A DNA stretch of 63,344 bases, filler included, from Octopus bimaculoides (Eukaryota): the NCBI RefSeq assembly GCF_001194135.2. It is 8 parts of 7 records of this genome, joined end to end, with 100 filler letters (N's around TTAATTAATTAA, not from the genome) between each part and the next. Parts side by side here need not be neighbours in the genome. Positions count along the whole stretch, not along the records: positions 17,512 to 23,243 come from NC_068991.1; positions 23,344 to 41,959 come from NC_069007.1; 6 more parts are not named here. The stretch is one strand, 5' to 3'. Shown piece by piece: positions 21,954-36,910 of this stretch. Position 1 is the first letter of the stretch; each line of letters opens with the position of its first letter. Made by a program: the position numbers and the translations under genes. The notes beneath the pieces are model-generated. The model saw nothing but the letters and a program-made list of their open reading frames with translations, was not told where the DNA came from and ran no database searches.

Positions 21954-23058
21954 GTCAATTCAAATAAACAGTCAATTCAAGTAAATGAATATTAAAATTA
22001 ACAGGCAACAAGAGGACGTGCACAAGGAATGTGTCATTGATGAGGTCACTGATGGTGACGAAAAGATTTTGACAAGCCGAACTGATAGGTTGATTATCAA
22101 ATAATAGTAAAAGAAGTGAAATAGAACCACTGCGTGTCTTCATTATTGGCCCAATGACCCTCCGGGATACAACAATATCTTTTTCAACATGCGAATTTAA
22201 AATAGCGGTTGTATGAACAATATTAAATGCGATATATTTATTAAAAAAAAGTAATCGATTTAAGATCAAATTATAATTAATTGATCCAATGATTGATATT
22301 GAACCGCGCTTATCTTACTTTATACGGCACACGTGATTGTGGAATTTTCCATCTCAAATTGCTATGCATTTGATATATAGTAATAATAGTGAATATTAAC
22401 ACGTAGATTCGATAATAATAACCTTCTACATTGCATAATGGAGTCAACCGATACAAAGTTCATTAACCTGATATTAATAATCTCAGAAAATAACATTAAC
22501 CTTGGGTATATCATCACTCTGACGATTCAATGGAAAATGTCGAAAGATCAGTCAATCTTAATTTAACGCTTAACGTAGAAGCAACAATTCATCTTCTCAC
22601 CTCCCACTCTCTTACTAGCAGTTAAAATGGATAAACGAAGCAGTATAAAACGGTTAACGAGGGGTTTTAAAATGGAGGATTTAATGGAGTTTGCTCGTAC
22701 ATTTACACACACAGATATACAGAAAAATATTCATGCAAAAACATGTATTTAAGTAACTTTGTTGATTTAATTAGAGTTAAAAATCTAAAGACAGTATAAC
22801 ACACACTCACACACACATACATACACACATATAAATATATGTTTTTTTAATACATATTTTGTTATTCTTTTATGCGTTTCAACCCAAAGGCTGTGACCAT
22901 GCTGGGATATTGCCAGTATCATTCGTCACCTTTTCGATGGCCATTCCTATTTGGTTGGCTTTTGGTGAATGAGGGAGGTTGATATTGCTACCATCATTTG
23001 AGATCTTGGACAGTAGAAGGTTATAGTGCTTCTAGAAAAAATTTATTACTCAACCACC

Positions 23059-23104
<46 letters not shown>

Positions 23105-25631
23105 GCAGCCAGGCAAGCAGACCGGCAGGCAGATAGGCAGACAGTTAGACAGATTTTTTGTTTGATTTATTCATTATTTGTTTTTTTTTTTGTTCTAAAA
23201 GATTGTTCTAAAAAGTTATTCCCCGAAGAAGTTTATGACAACTNNNNNNNNNNNNNNNNNNNNNNNNNNNNNNNNNNNNNNNNNNNNTTAATTAATTAAN
23301 NNNNNNNNNNNNNNNNNNNNNNNNNNNNNNNNNNNNNNNNNNNATATATATATATATATATATATACGATGGCTTCTTTTCAGTTTGCATTTCACACATT
23401 CACCAGGCTTTCGTCTGAGTGGAGATATAGTGGAGATAACATGTTCAAGTAGCCACACAACAGGACTGAAATCAAAACTTCTTGCTTGGGAAGCAAACTT
23501 TTTATCGCACATCCATGCCTGATATGTTTTTTTTTTAGGTTTTTGAGTAGATATGTTCGTATGTTACAATCTAAGAAAACATTTTTCCAACTAGGAAATA
23601 GTTAAGTTCTAACAAAATGACAAATATATTCAACCCATTTACGCCGAATGCTTTGAATTGAATGTATTTCGTCCTGTCGTTGAGCCACTCCTCTTGAGTG
23701 ATTTCGAAATACACGTAACCACTTCTAATAAGACTTAAAATAAAACGATATTTGACCTCTACAGAAACCAGAAAATATTTCGTGTGAAGCACATCGAACA
23801 TTAAGGAAACTCAATCACTAGGTGTTTGTCATTCATCTCACAGGCATGAGATGACATGGAATATATTTTGCTTCACATGATTTTAAACAATCGGTAGCAA
23901 AAGGTATAATCACCATTTGGATTTTAGGCGCTTCAGCCGACATATAAATGGTAGTAGAACGCTCTGCTATCGAGATGCTATCGCAAGAGACTCGGTACAT
24001 AAGAGACAAGTTTTTGGCGTCCTTGTGTAGGATGGCAAATGCATCGAATTAAATATGAGGTCTATTACAACTGAATGATAAATCTTACTCTTTGTGAATG
24101 ATGGAAACTGAAGTACAGAGCGATTATTCTGAAAGTAAACACGAAAGTTCTCTCTTTTGTTTTGGTTCGAAGAGTGCTTAGATATTCTGAAGAAATGGAA
24201 AACAAATTTCCATTAATTTCCTCCTGATTGTGTCTTTAATGAAATGCATCACTTCATAAAATAATGTTTAATTAATATGTCAATTAATATGTCATGCAAA
24301 CAAATTTGTAAGTACCATGAAATTCTGTTAAACAAGAATACCCGCGGCAAGAACTTGTAAGATCTCTGTAAGAAGTAAATATAAAGAGTGAATAGATAAA
24401 TAAACAAATAAATAAATATCCAAATTCCATACAACCTCCTTGTAATTATTAAATTTCGCATTGAAATCTCTAATCCTGCCTCACATGATGAAGAAATGAT
24501 TATCTCACGTGTAATAGCTGCCGTCACTGCAAAAAGCTTGTCTAATACTTATCGTTGCTGTTTTTGTATTGTTTTTCTTGCACTGGCAAGATGTTTAGCT
24601 TTGTTTATTAAACCAGCTCAGCCGTATAGGAATATACCAAGGATTAAATGTGGTGTTCCAACCATTAACAGGTGCTACCCTTTCTGTTCAAAAGTATTTC
24701 TTTTCCAACCTATTTTCAGCTATCAAAATTGTCTTATGACTAACCCAAGAAACCTCTTATAAAAACGGAGGTGGGTGTTAACAATGAACATTCATGCTGT
24801 GATCCCTCTCCCCTCTGTGTTGGTCCCTTGTGGGTAATAAAAAAATCTCATGTTGTGATTCCTCAATGATCTATGAGAGAGATCATATCAACGACAGGAT
24901 AAAGCAATGTGACTTCTTATATCTAATTTCAAGATAGGAGTTCACAATTTCTGTACGCAATGGCCCCCTTATATTATTTTATTTTTCTACATTTTCCCTT
25001 GGACCACATCTATTTTATATCATGTCTGGCATATAAAAAGATTCACGTGTATCTTCACAGTTCTGTCAACTGTAAACTTTATTATGCGGATAATTAATAA
25101 ACAAAACGTGACAGCAAAATTCATTTAAAAGATATCAACTGCTCTAAGATCCATAAATATATTAAAATTTGAAAAAGTTTAGTTCTTCTCAGTGCCGATA
25201 TAGGGTATCGTTTAAGGGAAATCGAGTTGCCAACAGTAGCAGCTCCACCAAACTCGTAAGTGCTTTTACGTCGACGCCAGTAACTTTGACTTCTCATTCA
25301 AACTGTTCAGGTTTACCTTTTAAGATTATGACTTTACGAAATTAGGTGATAATTTAGCAGTAGCACACAAACATCCCTCTAATTAAACCATACTTATTTA
25401 AAAAGGAGTTATCTATCTATCTCTCTCTATAATTATTATAAAATCTGGTAATTAGTCATATATTAATTAATATCGATTAATTATCAGGAGGCCAGCACAT
25501 CTAAAGAATCAAAGAGATTCAGAAATATTATCTGCAATCTCAGGGGATTAAGGTACATTAAAAAAAAAATAACGTCGACCACTAACGTGGACAATTAATG
25601 CGCTAGAAATAGATCACATCTTGTGTCTATT

Positions 25632-25719
<88 letters not shown>

Positions 25720-26794
25720 ATGCAATTATATTTAAATACATACATTCATATGTATATATATATATATATATATAGATTAATCCAAGAGATAATACAACTG
25801 GGAATATACTCTGACACCAACTTCAAGATGATATGAGCTACATACAACTCAAATATATCTACACAAATATTTATTTTAGTTCCCGAGAAAGAGTCAGGGT
25901 TAGAAAAATGACTCAGCATAATCATAGAAGACAGCACCGTTGTTTTTAATCGGTGTTCATAGAACACCAGCCTCAGAAACTTTACATATTTGCACAGTTT
26001 CGTTTAACAAATCTCAAAAAAAATTATAACTGCCGCCCAAATTGACGCATATTGAGATCGAAACTAGATGCACATATTCTCAAATTGCATTTGCTCACCA
26101 TGGATCCATACACACAAGAATTCTTAGTGAATAAATGTAAACAAAGAAATAAGAGTGGGATGAAAAATGGAATGACATATTCCAAAAGAAGAAGAATCCA
26201 TCACACAGAAAGAACCTTAAATACCAATTCCATTCCAGTCATCTGCAAATTATATTTAAGAGAAGAGAAATGTGTTCCTCATCAGACAATTGATATAGCC
26301 GTAGCAGCTGCAACAGCAGCAGCAGTAGCAGCAGTTGCAGTAGTAGCAGTAATAGTAACAACGACAGCAATAAGAGGTGAAGAAGTAGAAGAATCTTGAT
26401 TGTGATAATGGATTTGGCAAATAATCAAATATCTATATAAGAGCGAACTTCTGTTACAGACATTTTGAAAAATAAAAATGTTAAGACATAAATATTATAT
26501 CAGAATAATTTGAGATGATGTTTCAAATTCATGTTGGCAGTTCAGAAGCAAATAGTGTAATAGCAATAAATATTAAATACCGTCTGATTTATAACTTATT
26601 TGTAAAACAACATGAAAAGAAACAAAAACACACAAGAAAACACTCGTACACTCGTGCACACATATACATATACATATATATATATATATATANNNNNNNN
26701 NNNNNNNNNNNNNNNNNNNNNNNNNNNNNNNNNNNNNNNNNNNNNNNNNNNNNNNNNNNNNNNNNNNNNNNNNNNNNNNNNATATATATGTATA

Positions 26795-26825
<31 letters not shown>

Positions 26826-27909
26826 GAGTGTGTATCTGTGTATGTGTATATAAACGATACATAAATTACTTGATTTATATCTAGTTGAAAACAACACTGT
26901 TCTATTATATTGCTGCCGTGTGTGTAAGAAGTAAAGTAATATTTGTTACAATGAATTATTTCAATGTCGTTTAACAAGAACTTTGAGTTTTGCGTTATGA
27001 TAATTACCTCATTATATTGGACACCGTTTGGAATATTTAAGACCCGCATCAGAAGTTTGGCTTGTTCATATATAATGTCTATCCATATATAATGTAATAC
27101 AATTATCAGGACAGATAATATTAACACGCTATATTTTCCAAAGATACAAAGCGAGATAAGGAATTTGGTGATTTGTCAGAAAGAAAGACTTGTATATTGT
27201 CTTAATATCTTACAATATTATGCATAGATCTTTATATATGTGCTGAATTATTAAGCGAGCTGAGGTCAGTATTATCTTTCTTTCCTTTAGATTAGCAACA
27301 ACCAAACTAATGAGATAGCTTCAGTGGAATATAATAAATACTTTCACTTATTTGTTATGTATTTTTACTCTTGATTCTGAAGGAAATTAAGAAGTCTCTA
27401 TTACCCAATTGATGTATTCGTATGAGACCACATTCTTCTTAAGTCTGGTTGCCGGCTTCCAAGCTAAATGTCGACGATGGATATCAATTCACCACCCACA
27501 CACACTTTTGTTCTGCCTTTATTTTTGTTTGATGTTTTTTTTATATCTTAGATAGCAGTTTATAATGTGTCAGTTGTCATCGATTTGGTGGTCAGAGAAA
27601 AGTGACACCGTATCGAATCACTTGCTCCACCCACCATGTTACCAAGTCGCATATTATTGATTCCGTGTTAGGTGTACATGATTACAATGAAGTTGGGAGT
27701 AATTCACTCCAAGACGAACACATGACCATCCAGTCAGAGTCCTTGCTAATTGGGACAAATGGAACCATGAGCCATGACTGATAAGATAATTTGGCCATGT
27801 CGTAGAGGAAGATACAAAGAATTAGAACAAAGGAAATATTGAAATACACGTAAAGCTAAATATACTCAAACCACACACAAATTGTATTATATGGAATTAT
27901 ACAATCTGT

Positions 27910-28345
27910 GGTCGCAGGGGTAGCTGTTTGGTTAAGAAGCTCGCTTTGAAATGATAGCGGTTCAGTTTCAGATCCACTACACGAAATATAAGTGTCTTCA
28001 ATTATACCCCGAGGATTCAACCTTTTACATGAACCTGTTAAGCGAAACTTGCGTGAAGCCCTTCGTATTTATACATATGTGTGTATATGTTATGGAAATA
28101 ACACAATTTGATAACCACAGCAGGAATATCTGCGAACAAACTAATTAATTACCAATGACATCGATAATTTTTTTCCCCCACCGAAGCTTGGCAGCAAGTG
28201 TTCACATCCTTTTCATCTAGCGGTTCAGCAAAAAGAGAGTAGTATAAATGCCAGATTTAAAATTAAATAGTGATGTCAATTCGCTCGACAAAGCCTTTGA
28301 AGATGATATCCCAGCATGGCCGCAATTCACTCACTGAGACAAATA
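27910..28345 (+). mobile_element. Diverged SINE family B with an internal 80-bp insertion
   Basis: 5' half at 27910-28090 and 3' half at 28170-28345 (cccagcatggccgcaattcac tail). Confidence 0.6.
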
Positions 28346-28807
28346 AACGATAACATATTAAATGTGAAATGAGCACATGGAAATCCTGGTAAAATTGGAC
28401 ACAAAGCACATTGCTCCAAACCATAAATTTAATTTAATAATATTCTATGGAAAAAAAACAGAATTTGATAACGACAATGGGAAAATCTGCGAACAAACTA
28501 ATTAATTACCGATCTCATCGATAAATTTTATTATAAAAATGGAAGAAGTTCATGTTTATCAATGCTCGATCGGTCACAGAACTGGGATACATTCCTACCG
28601 TCTAACTACTTTTATAAACGAGTCAGTTTTGTTTTGTGTCTTGTATTCTTTGAATACGACACAGAAACTACATAGAAAAATCTTAACAGACGACAAAAAC
28701 CATATTATTGTAAACACTTAATGATTAGACAGATGGAGAAACTATCTGAAAAGAAAGTAAAGGAGACGGACAACAAATGAATTGAGTCACCAATATGTGA
28801 CGTTGCG

Positions 28808-29010
28808 CAAAGGCAGTTGACTAGCAGAATCGTTAGCACACCGGGCAATATTCTTAGCGGCTTCACATCCGTCCTTACATTCTTAGTTCAGATTCCACCC
28901 TGGTCGTCATTGCATTTCATCCTCTCAGGGTCAATAAACTAAGTAGCGGCTGAACACTGAGGTTGATGAAATCTATTTACACCCTCCCACAAATTGCTGA
29001 GACCGTGAGA
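28808..29010 (+). mobile_element. SINE family A (diverged)
   Basis: tagcagaatcgttagcacaccgggc head and shared body/tail. Confidence 0.7.
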
Positions 29011-29456
29011 AAATTTTAAGTCAGTATGGAATATATTTTGACTTCAAATTTTCGCGAAGTCGCCTTCGCTTTGCTTCCTCCAAGATTCGACAAATTAAGC
29101 AATAAAAACATACTGGGTCCATGTAATCGACTGAAAACCTCCCCACGAAATTGCTGGCTGAGTGTCGATATTTGAAACCAATATATAATATCGAGCAGCA
29201 TTGTGTACGGTACATAATTCGTTGCTGTGCTTTGGAACCAAAAAATGTGGTTGCAACGATCCAGGCCAAAATGACTGCAAACCTAAAATTCAGATTCAGA
29301 AGTTCTACAAACATTGCTGATAGGTTGGAGAACTTTACTGTTCAAAGCAAACCGTAATGAAATTGATATGGAAAACGAAAATATGTAAAACACTCTGCTT
29401 ATTAATTCCATATTATATGCGTACAAATACACACACACACTTGTGTACATACATGC

Positions 29457-29491
<35 letters not shown>

Positions 29492-29821
29492 CACACCAAA
29501 GAAAATTATATGGATCCATAAATATAGACATGCATATGTACATATGTATGTATATAATATATGTGTGCGCGTGCAAGTATAGGTATAAATATACACAAGC
29601 ACACACATGCATATATATATTTAGCTATACACCACATATATGCATGTTTATGCGTGTGCATGTATATATATATCTGTGTGTGTGTATAATTGATTTTCAA
29701 TGATTGTCTAATCTACATATGTAAATATAAATATTTGGTTAGAATATCGAATGACGATTTTCCCTGCTGACTATTATAGAATCGTATATTGCATATTTGA
29801 ATGTAAAATTATTTGCATAGA

Positions 29822-29860
<39 letters not shown>

Positions 29861-30308
29861 GTGTTGATATGGATGTGTTTCTGCGTGCATATAAATATAT
29901 TACAACTTAGAATCTTATATACATCCATATTTACGCTCATATGCTTTGATACACATCCACATACACACACATACACAAATTTACATATTTATATATATAT
30001 ATATATATGTATATATNNNNNNNNNNNNNNNNNNNNNNNNNNNNNNNNNNNNNNNNNNNNNNNNNNNNNNNNNNNNNNNNNNNNNNNNNNNNNNNNNNNN
30101 NNNNNNNNNNNNNNNNNNNNNNNNNNNNNNNNNNNNNNNNNNNNNNNNNNNNNNNNNNNNNNNNNNNNNNNNNNNNNNNNNNNNNNNNNNNNNNNNNNNN
30201 NNNNNNNNNNNNNNNNNNNNNNNNNNNNNNNNNNNNNNNNNNNNNNNNNNNNNNNNNNNNNNNNNNNNNNNNNNNNNNAATATGCCCCATCCATATATAC
30301 ATATAAAT

Positions 30309-30363
<55 letters not shown>

Positions 30364-31473
30364 GTGTGTATATATATATATACACATCTATAACAGTTCA
30401 ACCTGATTCGTGTGATATCATTACAACACAATTCACGCATTCCCTGTCAGCACCTAACATGTACAATTTTTTCTTTCAATTTCCCTCCGGTAACCGCTTT
30501 CATATATTACTCTCTTCTTCTACGTAAATTCCGCTGTCACTTTCACCCCATCTTTTGGCTTCTCTTCTTTTTCTCTCTTTAACCTCCCCCCTCTCTCTAC
30601 TTTTCTTTCCTCGCATCACTTTTATGAGTCTCTTTCTCTACCATTTTATCTCTCACATTCTTCGCCCCTGTCTCTCATTTCGTTTCTCTCTTCTCTCTCA
30701 CTCTGTTCTCGCATTCCGTTCCTTATAGACTCACAATATTTCATAACCAGCTTGGAACACATGTAACCACATATCCACATAATCATATATGCCTTGCACA
30801 AAGTATCTGTCATGTCACTTTGCATAGTGAGATACAAGGTCTTCGAAATATTAGTCAATAACTGAACAGAATTATATCCAACAACTAAAGATATTGGACA
30901 TATTGAAAGCAGCTAATCATAATCACAGGAAATAGACAGAATATTACAATTAATCATGTTTTTGATATTTACCTGGAGAGCCTTTTGTTGTGAAAATAAT
31001 TGATATATCATGCAATTCTGCTTTCGTTCAAGATAAGGAAAATGTCCCGTTATATACATGCTTGCATTTATCTCAGTCACTGCCTGCTTGCCTGTCTGTC
31101 TATCTCTCTCTATCTATCTCTCTCTATACACATATATATATACACATATATATATACACATATATAACGTTTATAAGTAATATTTTAAAAGAAATATTCT
31201 AAAAGAATATATAACTGAACTTATGTTGAGTGCTCAATTATCTTGAGCAAATAAACGTGTATATATGTGTTTTTATATCATTAATAAATTCGTAGAACTC
31301 ATCAATAATATATTCAGGAAAACAATATTTAATATGTTGAAAGATATACATCCAACATAACATGGTAACATAATAAATTTAAATTTTAAAACATAAATAT
31401 ACGGAATATAAATATGAATATATATATATATATATATATATATAGATATATATATATAAATAAATGGTCACCA

Positions 31474-31696
31474 CAAGAATATTTTATCTGGTCTAATTCA
31501 TCCTATGATTGCAGAACTGTTTCGGGAGGGAAACGCAATTTCTTTGGGATGATAATGCACCAATTCACACAGCTAAAGTTTTTACTGAATGGCACGAGGA
31601 ACATTCTAGTGAAGTTGAACATCTTATGTGGCCACTACAGTCACCAGATCTCAATATTATTGAACATTTATGGGGCTTTTTTAGAAAAACAGGTAA
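31474..31696 (+). mobile_element. Second fragment of the same Tc1 family
   Basis: WDDNAPIHTAKVFTEWHEEHSSEVEHLMWPLQSPDLNIIEHLW; the DNA aligns by eye with the reverse complement of 43530-43750. Confidence 0.85.
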
Positions 31697-32057
31697 GATT
31701 TTAAACTCACTGGCCGATAAATTTCTTAGTGTCTACCTCACGTGGTCTTGATGTCGCATGATCAAAATTAACGTGAGTTATTTAGACATTGGCAAATTTA
31801 TTAGAATATTGTGGGTGAAGATCGGAATGGGGGAATTCATACCCTTAACCGTGAAACGTCGTACCCAATTAATTAAAGGAAGGTTTGTTTTTTTACTCTT
31901 CTCTTCTGTTTTTTGTTCTGTGTGTACCATAAATATCGCTATCCATTAGAGAAAAATTTGTAGTTTTGGAATCAGTAGTTCTTTGGCTGCTATTTCTGAA
32001 TTCTCAGTATGTTGGAGAAGCAAGCTACTGCTAATCCCTATATATTTATGATTATGA

Positions 32058-32091
<34 letters not shown>

Positions 32092-32477
32092 TTATATGCA
32101 TGCATATACATATGTATATGTGTAAAAGTGCATATGTGTGTACGAATGTGTGCGCCCGTTTGAGTGATGCATTATATCTGATTTACGACAGCATTGATTG
32201 GATATGCCTAACTATGTATATTTAAGTGATTTCTCCAATAAAAGATCAGTTCCTTGAAATGCCTGGGAGGAAGCTATAAGTTGTAGCACGAACACACGGC
32301 TCGGCGAGGACTCACAATAGAAAGAGCTGTAGGCGAATAAAAGAGATTACGCAAATCCTATCGTTTTGTCACTCATTTATTAATTCTGCACATACCCATC
32401 GATATATATTTGTATGCACACACACACATACACACACACTCACATGCACACACACACATACACTCTCCATATGTATG

Positions 32478-32513
<36 letters not shown>

Positions 32514-32523
32514 NNNNNNNNNN

Positions 32524-32566
<43 letters not shown>

Positions 32567-33805
32567 AAAACAAGCATATACACATACACCAACATCTATA
32601 GCTTTAGCTTTCGATGTTAAAAAGGCAACTTTATTATTTATACATACACACACATATACACATTTATGCACACATTGACACCCCCTACACACCCACACCA
32701 TCACACCCACATATACATATATTTATGTTCTGCCAGGTCACTGCTTTTTATTATGGCAAAAATAGACACACGCACTGATAATGTTTCACTTGGTTATTGT
32801 TTATCAACTGCTTAACTATTTCATTATCTAACAATTTCATTATTTGTTTTATCAATAAATCCATCAATAAATGAGTTATATTTGCCAATGTCCTGATCTG
32901 GTGTAGAACAAAAGATGTCATTGAAGAATTCAGAACCGGCGACGAACACAAGATGCAACTCCACAAGAAATGTCGCTTATTATTCTCCCAACTCATCGCG
33001 TTTTCAAGATGTATATATTGTCTAAAAACAAGCAGATCATATCAGCGATCCATGACAGCACTGTCTCATTGTAAAACATGAAGTAATATTTACAGTAGAA
33101 AATGTGTAATATCCAATGAATCAATACTACACATGACAAAAGACATGAATAATTTACAGGTGAAAATAATCAGTTCTGCCTTATTCCCTGCCGTTTTATC
33201 GTATGCAACGAGTAACGGCATAAACATCGAATACTATTCATTCGGTCACCTACTTGCCTTGGTGCAAATAAGCATAGGTTAAGAACTTTTAACAATTCTA
33301 AATATTCTACATTTATTGAATACATTCTCTGTGCAATATTTCTTCCAGAATGAATCTCTAATTCCAGGATTTCAACTTCGTTGACTGTTTCTTTCTTATA
33401 TAGTAATTCCGTGCTGATACATCAACACTTTCACCGTTTTCTCTTCTACTATCTTACATATTCGCCTATCAGGACTTCTAAAATTTTCTATTCATATAAC
33501 TTCTCGTTTCATTTCTTCTTTGCTGGGCTTTCCCTGAAGCTCCACAAACGAAGATACGAACCTATCGCTTATATTTCAATATATGCATTTGTGTGTGATT
33601 GGCGTTTCTGTGCGTGTATGAGCGTGTGTGTGTATGTGTGTGTGTGTGAGAGAGATAGAGAGCGTGTGTTTTTAGAAAGTGAATTACACACGTCTACACA
33701 CATGTCAATCTTTCCCGCTCCCCAAACTCTACACCCTTCCCTCTACAAACTCTTTCGAAATACCTAGCGTTGTCTATATATACTTTTAAAGAAAACTTGT
33801 CCAGG

Positions 33806-33844
<39 letters not shown>

Positions 33845-33885
33845 TCACACCCACTCACACATATACATACATATATACATATATA

Positions 33886-33924
<39 letters not shown>

Positions 33925-33964
33925 GCATGTGTATATATGTGTATGTGCATAGACATATGCATAC

Positions 33965-34027
<63 letters not shown>

Positions 34028-34899
34028 TGAGCGCATATATATCGTAAGGTGTTTTGTTTTGTTTTTTCCTGGATGCACCACCCAATCTATCCTTTCATAC
34101 AACACACTTAGTATTATATGTAGCAGTAAGTGAGTAAAATCTATGTTTGTTGGGTTTTGTCTGTTATTACTATCGTCCTCATCGTCGACGTCGCTACAGT
34201 TATTGTTGTTGTTGTTTGCGTTGTTCTTCGTTTCTTCATATCTCTTGTATTCGTCAGACCATGACAGCTCTATGGAATATCGGAAAGATGCTTGTGAAAT
34301 GCCTAAATGGAAAATGGTTTTGGAATCTAAAGAGAAAAACAGACACCAGAAAACAATACTCAAATAAATAAATAAATAATATAGGATAGAAACGGAAGCA
34401 TAACAAAAAACACGAAATAAAATATTAAAAATATGGAAAGAAATAAAAATGAAAACTGCGTAACATATATATATATGAAATATTGAAAAGAAGACTTACA
34501 CATGAAGAAGTTAATATAAAGACCACAATGATATGTGTGTGTGAGAGAAAGTGCATATATATGCATATATATATATATATATATACAAATATATAAATAT
34601 ATACGTGTATGTGTGTTTGTGCATAGGTATAGAAAGGCTAAATGTGTATGGTAAGTAGTCTTCCGTTCGTGCACTAAAAGTTAAGAAAACCCATATATGT
34701 GTGTGTTTGTGTGTGTGTATGTATCTATGTATGTATATTTTTCTGTAGCCAGAATTACACTTATATATATATGTACACATACATAGATATTCATACATGG
34801 CTGTGTGTATGTAAAGTATAATATANNNNNNNNNNNNNNNNNNNNNNNNNNNNNNNNNNNNNNNNNNNNNNNNNNNNNNNNNNNNNNNNNNNNNNNNNN

Positions 34900-34945
<46 letters not shown>

Positions 34946-36856
34946 AGTGAGAGTGAGAGTATATGTGTGTGTGTATAATATAATAGTATTGTGTGTATGC
35001 ACGCATAAATATCACTAATGTATATTTTCTGTCACATTGTAGCGAACCTTCATCTGAAATACAAATTTCACCCTGTTTCCACGTCGTTTTCCTACATATT
35101 GATAATGTTTTTTTCTGCCATCGCAGTTAGTTTTACGAATTTTCATCTGGAATTCTTTTAAACCTGTTAAAATGGAAAGTGGAGCATCGTTGAAGAAATA
35201 GAACAGATGCGAAATATAATAGAATTAATATTCCGATTTCACAGTTAAGCAACTGTCATGAACCACTTAACTGCGGGAATTCGATTACATCGTTGGCTGC
35301 AACTTCTTTTTCTGCTTGAAAGTGTGATGCCTACGATGAACTCTTTGCACGTATAAACGGATTCATTTGACCTTCTACAATGATACTGACATAAAATTAG
35401 AAGCAGCGTGTTTTACATGCTAAATCTATATGTCGACTATATTCTTTTTTGCGAATTATTCAGAAGACCATTTATGATTCCGGTTGCCAACGGTTGATGA
35501 GAATGATGCAACGAACGGCTCCAGGAAGTGGAAGAGTGCATCTGTAAACTTCGATCTTTACAGAGTCACTGAGATTATTGCTAGGAAGAGTTTAAGATTT
35601 ACTCAAACCAGAGACTTTTTTCTAGCTGTTTAGAACCGAATGAAGTCTGTTGAAAATATTCCATACACCATATTCTTCCTTTTCTTTTGCAGTATCTGTT
35701 ATGGACGACGTGTTCTCCACTGCGCGTACCTTTAACTGTCTTTTCTTCTTCAATCCAGTTGGATCCCAGCTTTTCCAGCGCAGTCTCAAAGTTAAGTCCC
35801 CACTTGCTCATCCTTTTGTGTATCAGTTTACTGCCCGTCATGTCTTTTTCGTTTGCGAACCACAGAGACATATTATGCCTCAAAGAACACAAATGAGACG
35901 GCTAGAATAGCTCTGATCATAGGTTTGTTCGATTCGAGAAGAGCTGTGTCAAAATAACAATAAAGGTAACTTCTAAGTAAATATTTATTTCGTATAACTG
36001 CTGATGAAACCTGGTTCGGGCAATTAGAATCACTAGTAATGAGATACAATCTTTTAGCAGATTAGTCTCACACATGAAGTATAATGAATAAACACACTTT
36101 ATTAACAGACAGGATACACAAACGTAGTTGATTATTTATGTTGGACAGGGTGTTAGGAAATAAGTGCTGAATTTCGGATGGGTTAGAGTTAATATCAAAC
36201 AGGTGTTAAAAAATCCGAACAAGTGAACAGCTAAATTGACTTTGTTGCATTATGTAACAAGAGCGTACAGCAGCTCATAATATTGCCAAAGTAAAGCTTT
36301 AAAACCTTCAACGTTGTTAACAAGTTGAGATTGTTAGAAATGAAGAAAATAATATTACAGACAAGTTTGACATAAATGAAACGCAAGACAACAAACAAAC
36401 TTGGCGCTATAAATTTCAAGAGATCTTCTAAGTCCACGTTAGCTCAACGCAAATACATGAAGACAAACGTAAAAAATAAATTACAGTAAAATATAAAACA
36501 ACCATGTAAAAGATTTATGTTAATACCTTCAGATGTACAAGAAGCAATGTTTACATTATACATGTGTGGGAATGTGTTGATTATATGTGAGTGTGTGTTT
36601 AAGATGTATATGTTTCTTATTTCTATGGAGAAGCTACTATGGAGTTATGGTGAAGATACCAGCTAAACACAGGACAGAGTTCGGGGTTGCGAAGGCTGAA
36701 GGCCATAAACAGGTGATATATTCATTTCTCATCCTCTCTCAAACATTCGCATATATTAATGTATGTATATGCGTGGATGCACGTTCTTATGTTTACATGC
36801 ATACGAGTATTTATATACGTGTGGGTCGTTCTTTTATTAAATGCATGTGTATATAT

Positions 36857-36910
36857 TTACATGTGCCCAGCGTTTTACATGTGTCCAGCGTTTTACATGT
36901 GTCCAGCATT
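36857..36910. repeat. 18-bp minisatellite, 3 copies
   Basis: ttacatgtg(c/t)ccagc(g/a)tt repeated in tandem. Confidence 0.9.

Noticed and set aside
22005-22090. Candidate exon QQEDVHKECVIDEVTDGDEKILTSRTD, phase-compatible with the 11897 exon
   Set aside because: Weak acceptor and donor, a different assembly piece, and phase agreement has a 1-in-3 chance.
24330-24700. GPCR TM5-TM6-like reading on the minus strand and a 50-nt candidate exon
   Set aside because: In-frame stops and no diagnostic motifs; the resemblance is impressionistic.
32780-33560. Protein-like frames (GSEFFNDIFCSTPDQDIGKYNSFIDG; GNKAELIIF)
   Set aside because: Fragmentary; could be an ancient LINE relic but cannot be assigned.
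35150-35900. Possible old hAT transposase or exon (strong plus-strand acceptor near 35690)
   Set aside because: No unambiguous transposase motif in any frame and no matching donor.
36001-36040. CTGATGA hammerhead-like start
   Set aside because: No properly placed stem II followed by GAAA.
36631-36712. Candidate exon SYYGVMVKIPAKHRTEFGVAKAEGHKQ
   Set aside because: Poor acceptor, no recognisable homology, and not LRR-like, so not part of the Scribble-like gene.
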